64,000 bases of DNA, from assembly GCA_032718475.1 (NCBI GenBank), contig JAUCBJ010007967.1, forward strand, positions 17,753-81,752, written 5' to 3'. This DNA comes from Nemertoderma westbladi (taxonomy: Eukaryota; Animalia; Xenacoelomorpha). Position 1 is the stretch's first letter; each line of letters starts with the position of its first letter. This document shows positions 38,650-52,600 of this stretch, piece by piece. The notes beneath the pieces are model-generated. The model ran no database searches. It was not told where the DNA came from and saw nothing but the letters and a program-made list of their open reading frames with translations. A program made the position numbers and the translations under genes.

Positions 38650-39314
38650 TGTAAGCGGATTCAATTCCATTGCATTATCCACCCGAAAATGGGACCAGTG
38701 GCATTTTACCAATATAGTTGGGGATACGAGATTACCAATAATAATCTCGCCTCATAACCAACTCGGGGGGGGGGGGGGGGGGGGCGACACCGGCCCTGAA
38801 GCCACAGAGAGAGGTGAGAAGTCAAACCATCTCACAGGGAGAACACAGCTAGTCAAGGCTAGCGGTAGGGGGAAACACTCACAGGGAGTGCCAAAGTGAC
38901 AATTAGTATATAAGCCAATAGCGGGCAGGGGAGCACGTGAACAGAGATAGGAAAGCATCCATTGGGTACAGAAGGCCAAGTAAAGTAGAGGTGAAACCAA
39001 TATCTATGTGTATCAATCATAGTTATTCTGTATTACTGATTTACCGGTCTGTTCATTAATCACAGAGTTGCAGACCGGTTATAGTTTTCAACCGTCATCA
39101 CTATACATACTGCTGTTGTTATTCTGTATTACTGATTTACCGATCATATACTGTGACTGATTCTGTGCTATTATCGTTGGAACATTAACATTGAGAAACA
39201 CAAACTCTGTTATTTTTCCCCAACGGCCTTCGGCCAAAAGAACACCAGCCAGCAGACCAGCAGTCAGGTGACGCGTATAAATCTTATCCGGTCGGGATCT
39301 CAGATCCCGTCACA
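38650..39314. mobile_element. Solo LTR (665 bp) inserted in the end of a HINE-like element
   Basis: TG...CA ends with perfect 5-bp TSD CTTAC (38645-38649 and 39315-39319); the host GTGGCTCGCCCCAC terminus resumes after it. Confidence 0.85.
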
Positions 39315-39609
39315 CTTACTTTCGTGGCTCGCCCCACAATCAGTGAAGGGAGTTTAATTCTATGTTTTGAAATATTTTCCTTATCCTTCTGAATTATACT
39401 TTCTATACACTATACACTTATACTTTCTGTAGTATAATAAATATATGATAAAATTGGACATTATAATAATATAAATATTAATCATGATTAATAATGAATA
39501 AATATACCCAAAGTCCTACAAATTAAACACAATTAATTTAATATTACTTATAAAATCTACATTAAGTTCTATAAATATTAATTATTTCATTGTTGTTAAA
39601 ATAGTGAAA

Positions 39610-40677
39610 CTATCCAACGATGTACTGCCATCTGTGTTCACCCGACTTTGCAAACTGTATGTCAGTCAATTCTTTATAAATCCTAGTAGAAAGTTTTTCC
39701 TTGAGATTTCTTTCAGGAATCTGAATTTTTTCTCCGTTGTATACGATTTCCCTTATAGGAGTTATAGCGCAGGCGGTACCGCATCCAAACATCTCTATCA
39801 ATCGATCTTCATCCACAAGTTCTATAAGATCCTTCATTGTAACCGTGGCTTCAATGACAGATATATTATTCCATTCGCTCGCCAATTCCATAACACTCAT
39901 TCTCGTAATTCCAGGGAGTATAAGACCATCTAGAGGAGGTGTTACTAATTCCTCCCCACCATCGACATTCATCAGGTGAAAGAAAATATTCATAGTGCCT
40001 GCTTCAGTAATCCTTTGGTTTTCTCCATATAACCATAAAACCTGATCACAACCTTGCTCTCTACCAATATTCCTAACATACAGTGTCGGTGCATAATTGC
40101 AACCCATTTTATATTGACCAACTCCCCCTTTCGAACACCGCACAAATCTTGGTTCTGCGAGTAGTGACACAGACTTTTGGAACATCTTGCCGATTGGGAA
40201 GAGAATTACGTAGAATAAAGCTTTGTTTGGATTTTCAACCCAAAACGATGTAGCAATAAGGTTTGGGCGAATGTATAAACTGTTGGGATATTCTGGAACC
40301 CATTCACTATCAACGCGAATTAATTCACGAATACATTTTAAAGTTTCTTCGATGTTAAGTGTTGGCAAACAGGCTCTGTTCGCGGATATGTTTAGTCTTT
40401 TGAGATTCTCTCGTGGACGAAACAGACGTATGACCCCATTGTCACCTCGGTATGCTTTAAGCCCCTCAAATACTTGAGCTCCAACATGTAGAACGCTCGC
40501 TCCCGGACTCAATGTTATATCCTCAAAAGGAATAATCTCAGGATTTGCCCATCCCTTTTCAGCAGTCCATCGTATTTTTAGCATATGTGGTGTATTAACA
40601 CTACCAAATACACTAGGGACGATTTTTGTTACCCTTCTTGCATCGTCAATAATTTCCTTTGTTAAATTTGTAAACAT
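39610..40677 (-). CDS. BCAT: Intronless animal-type branched-chain amino acid aminotransferase (PLP fold type IV), divergent
   Basis: 355 aa; FEGLKAY, RLFRP, LYIRP, catalytic Lys in YKMGCNY, EAGTMN, ILPGITR, GTA. Confidence 0.93.
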   Translation of the reverse strand: MFTNLTKEIIDDARRVTKIVPSVFGSVNTPHMLKIRWTAEKGWANPEIIPFEDITLSPGASVLHVGAQVFEGLKAYRGDNGVIRLFRPRENLKRLNISANRACLPTLNIEETLKCIRELIRVDSEWVPEYPNSLYIRPNLIATSFWVENPNKALFYVILFPIGKMFQKSVSLLAEPRFVRCSKGGVGQYKMGCNYAPTLYVRNIGREQGCDQVLWLYGENQRITEAGTMNIFFHLMNVDGGEELVTPPLDGLILPGITRMSVMELASEWNNISVIEATVTMKDLIELVDEDRLIEMFGCGTACAITPIREIVYNGEKIQIPERNLKEKLSTRIYKELTDIQFAKSGEHRWQYIVG

Positions 40678-43089
40678 TATTTCTTCGTGATATTTCTATT
40701 TTCGGTAATATTTCAAAATATTCATATTTTATACAACTTTTGTATATTTATAATATTAATAAATTCAATTAAATATACAAATAGAAATAAATGCACAGTT
40801 TATTTATTAATTATATTGAACGGATTAACAATAGAATAACAATGGATAAACAATATGGAAAAAAAACAGGAACGCTGAACAGACCATTTTTGATGTTTGC
40901 AATCTGATGTCGAAACTACTGTATGGGAGAAACCCATTAAATTGCTCCAAAAGGAAATTAAATCTTCTCTCATTTCGTTATTTGTTATCCATTCAAGCTG
41001 AAATTTGGCAAAAATACGTGCTAGCCAATCAATTCAGGTTGCGTCTTTGTGGTGACGCTAAACCGTCGGATGTTCTCTACCGTCTACCGTTAGTTAGGAG
41101 CCCGCTTGACAGCGGGATACTTACTGTAAGAATCTTCAGGATACATTACATTGACTGACACTGACTGACTGATAATTATCTAGGTTAAGGCACTTCCTGC
41201 CTGGCGATTTTGATGAAATTTTGCAAGTACATTGCTTTTGAGGTTCATAATCGCGTTACAAAATTTCAGATCGATTCTATGTGTGGTATTCGATATATTT
41301 AGATTTTTGACATTGTTTTGTCGCGAAATTAAAAGCAATGGTAAAATAACAGCTGGTGTTCATGATGAAATATGGCTTAATATGTTATACACAGTCATAG
41401 TAAAACGTATTGGTTGCCAAGTTTTACTAGTAGGCTATAAGGAAAGTCAATGTTTACTCACACATAAGCTGTTGGTTTCTAATGTATTACCCCATAAGCT
41501 GATTGCTCTCCCAGTGCTTCCTAAGGGTATATCTACAATAAGGTTACTCACTCTGCTATGTTAGGGGGTGGATCAGGAGAATGAATTTTAGTTACACAAA
41601 GCAGTGTGTTGTGTCCTATTGCAGTCGATACTCACTGTGGATTGCAAAATGTTTTATAGTTGACCTACACTATAATACAGTAGTTGCATGTATTTAAGGA
41701 GCCCGCTCTGGCCTACTGCCTAACTTAGCAGTAATACCTATATTACATATACACATATTAAAAATATTCTTATTTTTTTTATTACATACGATTTTTTAGC
41801 TGAAACGATTTTTTAGCTGAAGCATTAATAGTGTAAATTAATTTAATTATATTTTAATACCATTACTACATTGGCATACTGTAAGATAAGTTTTAATATT
41901 TCTTACAAATAGTGGTGCGAGCATAAATCAAATCACGCAAATTTAAAAGAACCGGGTGTGTTGTCATAGCAAAGTTTCAGTTTTTATTATGTGGGACGAG
42001 CCACAAAGTACTGCTGAGAAAGACTGAAAGGTTCAAAGACTGTATGTCAACAATGTTATTATTATTATAGTCTGCGCCACAAACAGAATATGCCAAATAA
42101 TTAAATTAGCAATATAAATTTCAGAAAAATAGCTATCGGACTTGGCTGAAGAAATCGAATTATAATCCACTTAGTTTGTTATATTGATGATATTATTACT
42201 CTCTGGGAATGTGTTGGAATGGGAGATTGTAAATTATTATTGAACAGTAAATATTACATATCCCATAAAAGTCGTCATAATTAATTGTGTAGAAACAATT
42301 GTTCACCTTCTCGTTTAGATTAATTAGTAAATAAATAAATTAGTTTAGATATTTTCTGTTAGCGAATTTATTTCGAATAATAAAAAAGTGTGTAGGCCGA
42401 TTGTATGGTTGTTTAATTTGCGTTATTATTTTTCGCCGCGACCTAGACTTCTATTAATTGTTAAATCTAATGGTTTTCAAAAAGAAAGGTAACCGTACCT
42501 GTACTGGTAAATCTAACTTGTTATTTATCTGGTTGTGAATCATGGGCATTTTCTTATAAATATTCGGTTGTTAGTGGCAGCAAAGTTTCATTTTTTATTA
42601 TGTGGGGCAAGCCACAAAGTCAGCTATGTATCATCACACCATTTAGACAATTGTTTAGTTTAGTATTGGCTAGGATTCTTCCCCCCGGGCTCCTTCCAGC
42701 CAGCTTGCTGGCTCTCTAGTGGGCTGAAGTAAAAACTTTTTAGAAATGTCTGAAATAAAAAAACTATCAGCCATTTTCGCGTTATTAATTCTTTCTTATT
42801 TTATTGATACCTGACACAGTCTAGACATCAATCTGAGTTTTTGTGAGGTGGGGTCTTAAACTGTCTTCAGTTACCAATTGGATGTTTGCAACCCGATGCT
42901 GAAAGGGGAATAGCCCAATTTGGACTAATTGGCCCAATTTGGACCACCAATTTGGACTAAATGTCAACCAAACCCTCTACCTAAGAAATGAGACCTCGGT
43001 ATACTGTACCAACAAACTATCGTGGGATCTGTCTGCTTGTGGTAGCTGCCAAAATATACAACAAAATGTTTTTATATAGAATTTGGCCT

Positions 43090-43850
43090 CTGATAGAGAT
43101 GCTGCTTAAGAGCCAATACATATTTTGACCACATAGATCAACAATAGCTCAGATACTTGCGCTGCGGAGACTGATTGAAGGAATTAAGTCAAATAATCTC
43201 CCCGCAGTCCTGACATTGTGGACTTCAAGAAATCGTTCGACTTTTTACATAAAATAAAGGAGGGCTTATACTAAGAGCTTATGGAATATCCGAAATGATT
43301 TTTGCTGGCATGGGATTGATGTATTGTGAAACAGAAGCTCAAGTAATCTCGCTAGAGGATGAAACTTTGTTCTTCTCAATCCTGGGTGCTATGCTGCAAA
43401 GCGAGATTATTGGCTCCATTAGTATTATATTTGTATTTGATAACGCAATTTGGACAGCCACAACTAACTGGATGCAGTAGAAATCCCTATCAAAAATTCA
43501 TAGAAACCGACATTGAAGATGACATCGCCCTACTCTCTAATGCCCATATTAGACTGAATAAATTGGAAAGGACTGCTAATTAGGTGGATTTACATATAAA
43601 TCCTTCCAAGATTATATTAATGGCTTCCTGTTAATGGGAACTTGTCCACAATTGGAGTACACAGAAAATGCATTGGAGTTAGGAATCAAAACAATAGGTA
43701 GCTCTATCAAAAATGGATGTCATATGGAAATCAGTTTAGATTAGACCACTACTACTGTCATGAAGACCAAGTTATTTTGAGCTACAATTCAATGGGAAGT
43801 GTACGTTTATACGGGGGTGAGACCTGTAGACTGATGAAATCATAACGAAC
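43090..43850 (+). mobile_element. Highly degenerate RTE RT remnant
   Basis: ILALRRLIE, DFKKSFD and DDIALLS pieces with stops and frameshifts. Confidence 0.65.
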
Positions 43851-44276
43851 TGTCGATTTATGGAATGTAGCAGGTTAGGTACAGTGTATACTATAGACAC
43901 ACTACAGTAACCTGCCTATTCACCTAACCCTATTGCTTGTTGGGCATCAGTGGGATTATTGATGACAATAATATTTACCTACCCGAATCAGCATAATAAT
44001 AATGTGAAAAATAATGAAATTACCTGTAATTACTGTATAAATACATTTATATACACTGTTACATTACCATGACTTTCAAAGTACCATGATCTAATAGATA
44101 ATAACTGTGATATAATTCATAAATCAATACCGGTAAATGATAAGCATGTTATATAAACAGGAATAATGGAACTAAATGGAAGATAAAGCAATATAGAAAT
44201 GCACATTAATTAAAGGCGTACGTGAGCTGAGCATAAATATATAAGTAAATGTTCTTAAATCTCCTCTCACGGGACT

Positions 44277-47200
44277 GTGGGGCGAGCCACAAAGTGAGTG
44301 AGCCTTAGCGTAGTGGTACCATTAATCAACCTGTGGGGCGAGCCACGAAGTGAGTGAGCCTTAGCGTAGTGGTACCATTAATCAACCTGTCGTTCTGTCG
44401 CGTTTTTTTTCAGTATTTTATTTTAAACGTTAATAACTCGGCCAATCCTTGATGAAATCTATCCAAACTTGGTACACATGTTGTTTGGCAAAAGTTTGAA
44501 AATTTTCCAAGTAGAATTTGCGTGGGGCCTTCGTGCAGCATCAGTGTAACTGTTATTGTAGTTATAATATATTTATTTATCCAAATTTAAAATGCGTTAA
44601 ATTATTATTACTGTAGGATAAATCAGCTGGGTTTTCTCACAAATTTTGCAATACATTGGGGTTGTCTGCATGTACCATGTGTACCGGTACTGTCAGGCTG
44701 TACTCAATCCCTGAATCGAGAATCCAGGAATCCTGCGAATGAATTGAGAATCAGTCAATACTGCAATACTGGTCAGCCGGTACCATACACTGCAGACATG
44801 CCATATCATGTAATCTAATTAACCCCGGCTTCCCTTGCGGTGATTAAAGTTTAGGCCTAATTAGCCCAGTACCGGTACCGGCACCGGTAATAATAATATA
44901 ATAGTTTAGATAGTTACCGCTAATCATTCAGTCATTGCTGCATTGGCACGGTACACCGTATTGCTGTACTGCCGTTGTAGTGCGCACCGTAGGTACCACC
45001 CATGGCCATGACAAGGACTTTGCTGTGAAATTAGCGTAGGCTGACTGTGCTGATTATCAGATTATGGTACTGTGGTACAAGCTATATACTGTTAGGTATA
45101 CTGCTGTATTGGGGTGGGGTTAGGCTGTTAGGAATAATCCATTTGTTTTAGCATTTAATCCCCTTATTTATTATAAAACCATTGGAAATATTCGCAAATG
45201 CCGCTCCATTACTGTCTGAAACGCTCCCTGGACCCGAGCAGCCGAGTTGCTTCAAGAGGTGATTAACGGGGGAATACTACGCTGCTACGGAATTGCTTGT
45301 TTGTCAGTACGATTCTATTTGGGTATTTACTACACTCAGACACTGGGAATACGGAGGTCGGTCAGATCGTAATGCGGGCAACTACCAAGTTCCTCATGCC
45401 TCACTCCGGTCACCCACCTTGGAGTGCGGTGGGAAGGGTCCCACTTACTGACTTACGTCGACGACTGGACGAATCAACGAGGATTGCGATCTGGGTTTAG
45501 CGGCGGCCCGGATCCTGGTATCGCCTGGGGGAAATGGTTGAACGTCGGTCATACTTGTATCGCACTGGATTACGTTCTCTGCGACGTGAAAGTGTGAAGC
45601 GAATTCGTTGTCGAATTGGGTCGAAAGCTGCGGGAATTCTACTGTTCTACAGGAGTAAACCGCAGCGGTCCGGTGACTACGAACGGATACTACTGGGATA
45701 AGCAGGTATAAGCTGGCACTCAACAAAACCAACGCTTATCACAGGTCGGTATGGTTACCTCGAAACCGGCGCGACTGTCCACTCGAATACAACTTCAAAA
45801 CACAAACGCCAACAATAAACTGAAAGCGAATCGAACGTCTTCAGAAGAATCTGTCATTGGGACGGAGAAAAGGAAGCCGAAACCACGGGAATGGACCACA
45901 GCTAAGATTGAATGCTCCCATTGTCAGAGTTCCTGGACCGAAATTGAAACACCAATTGCCGATGGGCTTGATCTCTCAAACCAAAACTTCCTCTGCGGGG
46001 TTTGCGTGGCAGTAAAGATTGAAAGTCTGGAAGCTGGCATCCCTAGGTATTATTATTATAAAGAGCGTCAGCCTGTGTTTAATAAATATATTTTAATACA
46101 AAGCAGGTCGAACGCAAATAGGCTTATAATGAAGACGAGTACTGCATTGATTATATTCCTATAAACCACCTGGCTTTGCATATTGAACGTGCGTTTGGAA
46201 ATAAGTTCGTGCTACCCTTCCGTGGGTGGTAGATGTCGCGGTTATGTATTGGTGGGTGGGGGAGGGGGGTGCAGATTAAAAGGGGTGAACACGTACTGTC
46301 CCCCTTTCTTTGATTAATTGGTGGTGTGGGTTAATCTCTCATAACCTGATTTTATGATACAGTCGCACAATTTTAATTTGTATCTCATAACTGGGCCTCG
46401 TGCTGCGCGAAGGCCCCACGAACGTGTCGTTCTGTCGTTCTGTCGCGTTTTTTTTCAGTATTTTATTTTAAACGTTAATAACTCGGCCAATCCTTGATGA
46501 AATCTATCCAAACTTGGTACACATGTTGTTTGGCAAAAGTTTGAAAATTTTCCAAGTAGAATTTGCGTGGGGCTTTCGTGCAGCATCAGTGTAACTGTTA
46601 TTGCAGTTATAATAAATTTATTTATCCAAATTTAAAATGCGTTAAATTATTATTACTGTAGGATAAATCAGCTGTGTTTCTAACAAATTTTGCAATTCTG
46701 CATGTACCATGTGTACCGGTACTGCAGTACTGTCAGGCTGTACTCAATCCCTGAATCGAGAATCCTGCAATTAGTCAATACTGCAATACTGGTCAACCGG
46801 TACCATACACTGCAGACATGCCATATCATGCAACCCTTGCGGTGATTATAGTTTAGGCCTAATTCAGTAATTAGCCCAGTACCGGCACCGGTAATAATAA
46901 TACTGTAATATAGGCCTAATAGTTTAAATAGTTACCGCTAATCATTCAGTCATTGGCACGGTCCGTACACCGTATTGCTGTACTGCCGTTGTAGTGCGCA
47001 CCGTAGGTACCACCCATGGCCTATCTACTACACACAGGCCATGACAAGGACTTTGCTGTGAAATTAGCGTAGGCTGACTGTGCTGATTATGGTACTGTCA
47101 GACTGTGGTACCTAAGCTATATACTGTTAGGTATATTGCTGTATTGGGGTGGGGTTAGGAATAATCCATTTGTTTTAGCATTGAACTGTTGAATCCCCTT

Positions 47201-49458
47201 ATTTATTATAAAACCATTGGAAATATTCGCAAATGCCGCTCCATTACTGTCTGAAACGCTCCCGACAGTCCGATGCTGCGATGTATCTGCCCGACCCCGA
47301 GCAGCCGAGTTGCTTCAAGAGGTGATTAACGGGGGAATACTACGGAATTGCTTGTTTGTCAGTACGATTCTATTTGGGTATTTACTACACTCAGACACTG
47401 GGAATACGGCGGTCGGTCAGATCGTAATGCGGGCCACTGCCAAGTTCCTCATGCCTCACTCCGGTCACCCACCTTGGAGTGCGGTGGGAAGAGTCCCACT
47501 TACTGACTTACGTCGACGACTGGACGAATCGACGAGGATTGCGATCTGGGTTTAGCGGCGGCCCGGATCCTGGGATCGCTGGGGGAAATGGTTGAACGTT
47601 GGGCAGACGTTATCGCACTGGATTACGTTCTCTGTGACGCGAAAGTGTGAAGCGAATTCGTTGTCGAATTGGGTCGGAAGCTGCGGGAATTCTACTGTTC
47701 TACGGGAGTAAACCGCAGCGGTCCGGTGACTACGGACGGATACTACTGGGATAAGCAGGTATTTCGATCGAGTTTCTCGTATTCTCGATGCTCGAGGCGG
47801 ATAGAGAGTTGGTTGTGTTGGGCGGTGTTGTTCAATTCTATCAAACATATTAAATAATTGGTAAAATAATAAAAACACACCAGATAAAGATACTGAGCTT
47901 ATGGTAAAGAGATAGGCCGAACTTACAATTTCCAAATAGATTGTTCATATAATAAATATATTTTTGGTATTTGATTTCAAGATAGGGGGGGGGGGGGGGG
48001 GGGGGGGCTGGACGCAATAAAAATTCATCCCTCTCCAGGGGAAATTGGACGCAAATAACAACAGCTGATTTCTCTCAAAAATAAAACTGTAACCTGTTCT
48101 ATTGTGTTTACTTTATTGTTTTGGTTAAAATAACGTGCCACTGTAACCTGCTCCTTTCCCAAAATTGAGAAATTAATATTGAGGCGGGATATTAATTCGC
48201 CAAGATGGGATTTGCGTCCAGTCCCACCCCCTCCTATCTCTTGATTTCACTAAAAAATAGAATACATTGCATTTTACTGTTATAATTACTGTATTGAATA
48301 AAATAATTAATTGATTGTTTATTAAACCGTGCTAAGCACGTTGAACTGGAGCTCTAACAATTCCCCACTAGCGGCAGACAGGAACTGTAAAAGTCTCTGT
48401 AGAATTTCTAATTAAGCAATGCTCTTAGGTAACTACTACTAAATTTCAGATGAATCTGATCGTTGGTTCTATAATTACAGCTATTTTTACGTTTCTGTTA
48501 ATTCGCCCCCTAGCAGCAGACCGGGGAACTGTAGAAGTCTGTCTGTGTGTAGAATTTCTAAATTTTTTATAGACTACATGTGTACCAAGTTTGGTTCCAT
48601 TTCATCCATGATTGACCGACTTATTAGCGTTCAAACATTCCTGCCACAAACATAGCCAGAGGCAGCCACAAACGAATAAAAGCTGCAGGAACTCGAGCGA
48701 TAATTAATTTATTAATTATTAAATACTGTTTCAATTAAATTCTTTACGAAAATCTAGTCATCTTCTTTTAAATATGGACCCTGCATTCATGGAATATATA
48801 ATATTTGATAATTCATCAGTCAGCCTACGCTAATTTCACAGCAAAGTCCTTGTCATGGCCTGTGTGTAGTAGGCCATGGTACCACCCTACTACCGGCTGA
48901 CCGCGTGACCGGTGGCAACTAGCACTTCAGCACTTGCGCAGCAACAGCACTACCGGCGATACACAGGTTGAAATTTATGTAGAGTTTGCTCAACAGTACA
49001 GATATAAAATAGTTATCTAAATTATATATATTACTATTGACAAGTATTGAAATATATACCGTTATTCGTGTTATCAGTATTTGCAACATCTGACATTGAA
49101 GAGGTGAGAGAAGAAGAATACCGGCACTCAACATATCCAACGCTTATCACAGGTCGGCATGGTTACCTCGAAACCGGCGCGACTGTCCACTCGAATACAA
49201 CTTCAAAAACACAAACGCCAACAATAAACTGAAAGCGAATCGAACGTCTTCAGAAGAATCTGTCATTGGGACGAAGAAAAGGAAGCCGAAACCACGGGAA
49301 TGGACCACAGCTAAGATTGAATGCTCCCATGGTCAGAGTTCCTGGACCGAAATTGAAACACCAATTGCCGATGGGCTTGATCTCTCAAACCAAAACTTCC
49401 TCTGCGGGGTTTGCGCGGCAGTAAAGATTGAAAGTCTGGAAGCTGGCATCCCTAGGTA
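44277..49458 (+). mobile_element. Head-to-tail tandem of two HINE-like composite units (~44277-46425 and ~46426-49458)
   Basis: Duplicated 56-bp terminus GTGGGGCGAGCCAC..., TGTCGTTC microsatellite, and shared internal blocks. Confidence 0.75.
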
Positions 49459-49699
49459 TCTATATATATAAATATCATGTGTCTGTCTGTCTGTCTGTTT
49501 GTCTGTCCAAGCTATACGTTTCTACACACAAGCACCAATCGGAGCTTGCGATACATCGACGAAAGCTCTCGTCACGAGCACGTGCACTGTCGCTATCTCG
49601 AGTCTTATTTTACGCGTTTGTTTGCGTGAATGCGAATTTCGTGAATTCGGTACCGGTAGCGCGGTAGGCCTAGCAGTTCATTCTGTCATGATACTTTGC

Positions 49700-52600
49700 A
49701 GATCTGTTCCCGACCATAGACTGTGTGTTTGGGAGGACACTGATCAATCTGCAGTTCTCCAGTCTGCCGCTAGGGGGCGAAATATCCGAAACTGAAAACA
49801 TCTCCCATTTCGTTATTATTAAAGCCTTTTAGCTGATACATGGCAGAGGTCTTCTACACCATAGGCTGTGTGTTTGGGGAGGATGCTGACCAATCTGCAA
49901 TTTCCCAGTCTGCCGCTAGGGGGAGAAATATCTAAAAGTGAAAACCTTCTCCCATTTCTTTGTTTATAATGCTTTTTTGCTGATACTTGGCAGAGGTCTA
50001 CTACACCATACAGCGTGTTTGGGGAGGAGCTAGAATCAGTCTGCATTTCTCCAGTCTACCGCTAGGGGGCCAAATGTCTGAAAGTGAAAACCTTATCCCA
50101 TTTCGTTATTAATAATGCTTTTAGGCTGACACTTGGCAGATGTGTATTACACCATATGGTGTGTGTCTGTGGAGGACGCCCAAATACCTGCAGTTCTCCA
50201 TTCGGCCGCTAGGGGGCGAAATATCTGAAAGTGAAATCCTTATCCCATTTCGTTGTTTATAATGCTTTTAGGCTGATACTTGGCAGAGGTCTACTACACC
50301 ATAGACTGCGTGTTTGTGGAGAACTCTGACCAATCTGCAATTCCTCTGTCTGCCACTAGGGGGCCAAATGTCTGAAAGTGAAAACCTTATCCCATTTCGT
50401 TATTAATAATGCTTTTAGGCTGACACTGGGCAGATGTGTATTACACCATATGGTGTGTGTCTGTGGAGGACGCCCAACTACCTGCAGTTCTCCATTCGGC
50501 CACTAAGGGGCGAAATATCTGAAAGTGAAAACCTTATCCCATTTCGTTGTTTATAATTCTTATAGACTGGTAAAAATGCCTGAGTGTTTAAAGCTCATCT
50601 ATCCCATCATAGTAGACATGTACCGTACAACAAGAGTCCCACAAGAAATGAAAACAAATAAGTTGGTGCCAGTTCCCAAGAAGGGCAACCTAACACTCTA
50701 TGGTTCTTTTCGGGGAATCTCATTGATCTCGATTGCTGCAAAACTATACAATAGAATTCTATTAAATCGCATCAGGGATCCCATTGAGAGACTGCTACGT
50801 GGAAATCAGAATGGGTTCCGTAAAGGTCGTGGGACCATGGAGCCCATTTTGGCACTTAGAAGGATAATTGAAGAGTTATCAAAAAAGAAAGACAGGCATC
50901 TGGCTGTTATCTTTGTTGACTTCTTCAAGGCCTTTGATTCAGTCTCTCGCTCACGTATGTTCAGCATACTTTCATTATATGGGATTCCTGATGAAATTAT
51001 TGCAGCAATCAGATCAGTATACGATGGTTCGACAACATTTGTGTCTACTGTTGATGGTGACACAGAACCATTTGAAGTGTTATGGGGCGTCCTCCAAGGA
51101 GACACACTTGCACCATTCTTGTTCATTATTGTGGTTGACTATGTTCTACGCATGTCCTTAGATCATCATAATGATGATGGGGTGATGATAACTCCACCTA
51201 CTGGCTCCAGAAGTCGAGGAAATCCTGCCAAGTACCTAACTGATCTAGACTTTGCTGATGACTTAGGAGTACTCTCAGAATCATTAGAGGGAGCCCAGCG
51301 GCTCCTCAGCTCATTAGAACATGCTGCTTCTAGTGTTGGTCTTTTTATTAACTCCAGAAAGACCAAAATTCTGACAGTTAACTTTGAAAGTCCTCAGCAA
51401 GTCTCTGATCGGATGAGCATAAGCTCAAAGGATGGTATGCTTGAGCATGTGGACGACTTCTGTTACCTGGGATCATGGATCCGGAAGTCAGGTGAGGACC
51501 TTCGAATACGTAAGGGAAAGGCATGGGCAGCCTTGAATAGGCTTTCCAGGATTTGGAAGTCACCTAGAATTAATCGGAAACTTAAGGTCCGATTATTCAG
51601 AGCAGCAGTAGTTCCAGTACTCCTCTACGGGAGTCCATGCTGGGCTCTAACTGCTGAGGACACCAAATCTCTGGATGGCACATTCACAAGAATGCTACGC
51701 CGGGTACATTGTGTCAAGTACAATGCACACATCTCCAACCAGACACTATATAACATTGGAGGTGTCTCATTGGTTCCCCCAAGCTTGACACTAGAACAAA
51801 ATCGCTTCCGCTTTGCAGGACATTGCTTTCGCCGTGAGGACCAGCCAGTGCATAATCTTGTACTTTGGCAGCCTCATGGAGTGAATAAGCATGGTGGACA
51901 GCCCATGACTTTCTTGAGACGCATCTTAAAGGACACTGGCCTTAAAGATGCGGATGATCTAGCAAATGTCATGGGTGATAGGGAGTTGTGGCGGTGCAAT
52001 TTTGTTGACAAGCCGGCACAGCATTCTTAAAAATGCAGCTGCAATGCAGCATGCCGATCCTAGTAGTAGTAGTAGTAGGCTGGTACTTGGCAGAGGTCTA
52101 CTACACCATAGGCTGCGTGTTTGTGGAGAACTCTGACCAATCTGCAATTCCTCTGTCTGCCACTAGGGGGCCAAATGTCTGAAAGTGAAAACCTTATACC
52201 ATTTCGTTATTAATAATGCTTTTACGATGACACTTGGCAGATGTGTATTACACCATAGGCTGTGTGTCTGAAGAGGACGCCGAACAACCTGCAGTTCTCT
52301 ATTCGGCCGCTAGGGGGCGAAATGTCTGAACGTGAAAACCTTATCCCATTTTGATGTTTATAATGTTTTTAGGCTGATACTTGTCAGAGGTCTACTACAT
52401 CAAAGACTGCGTGTTTGTGGAGAACTAAGACCAATCTGCAATAGCTCTGTCTGTCGCTAGGGGGCGCAATGTCTGAAAGTGAAAACCTTTATGCATTTCA
52501 TTGTTTATAATGCTTTTTTGCTGATACTTGGCAGAGGTCTACTACACCATAGACTGTGTGTTTGGGGAGAAGCTAGAACCAGTCTGCATTTATCCAGTCT

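Noticed and set aside
39610-40677. Bacterial ilvE acquired by horizontal transfer
   Set aside because: Although intronless, motifs such as QVLWLYG and EELVTPPLDG are animal-type
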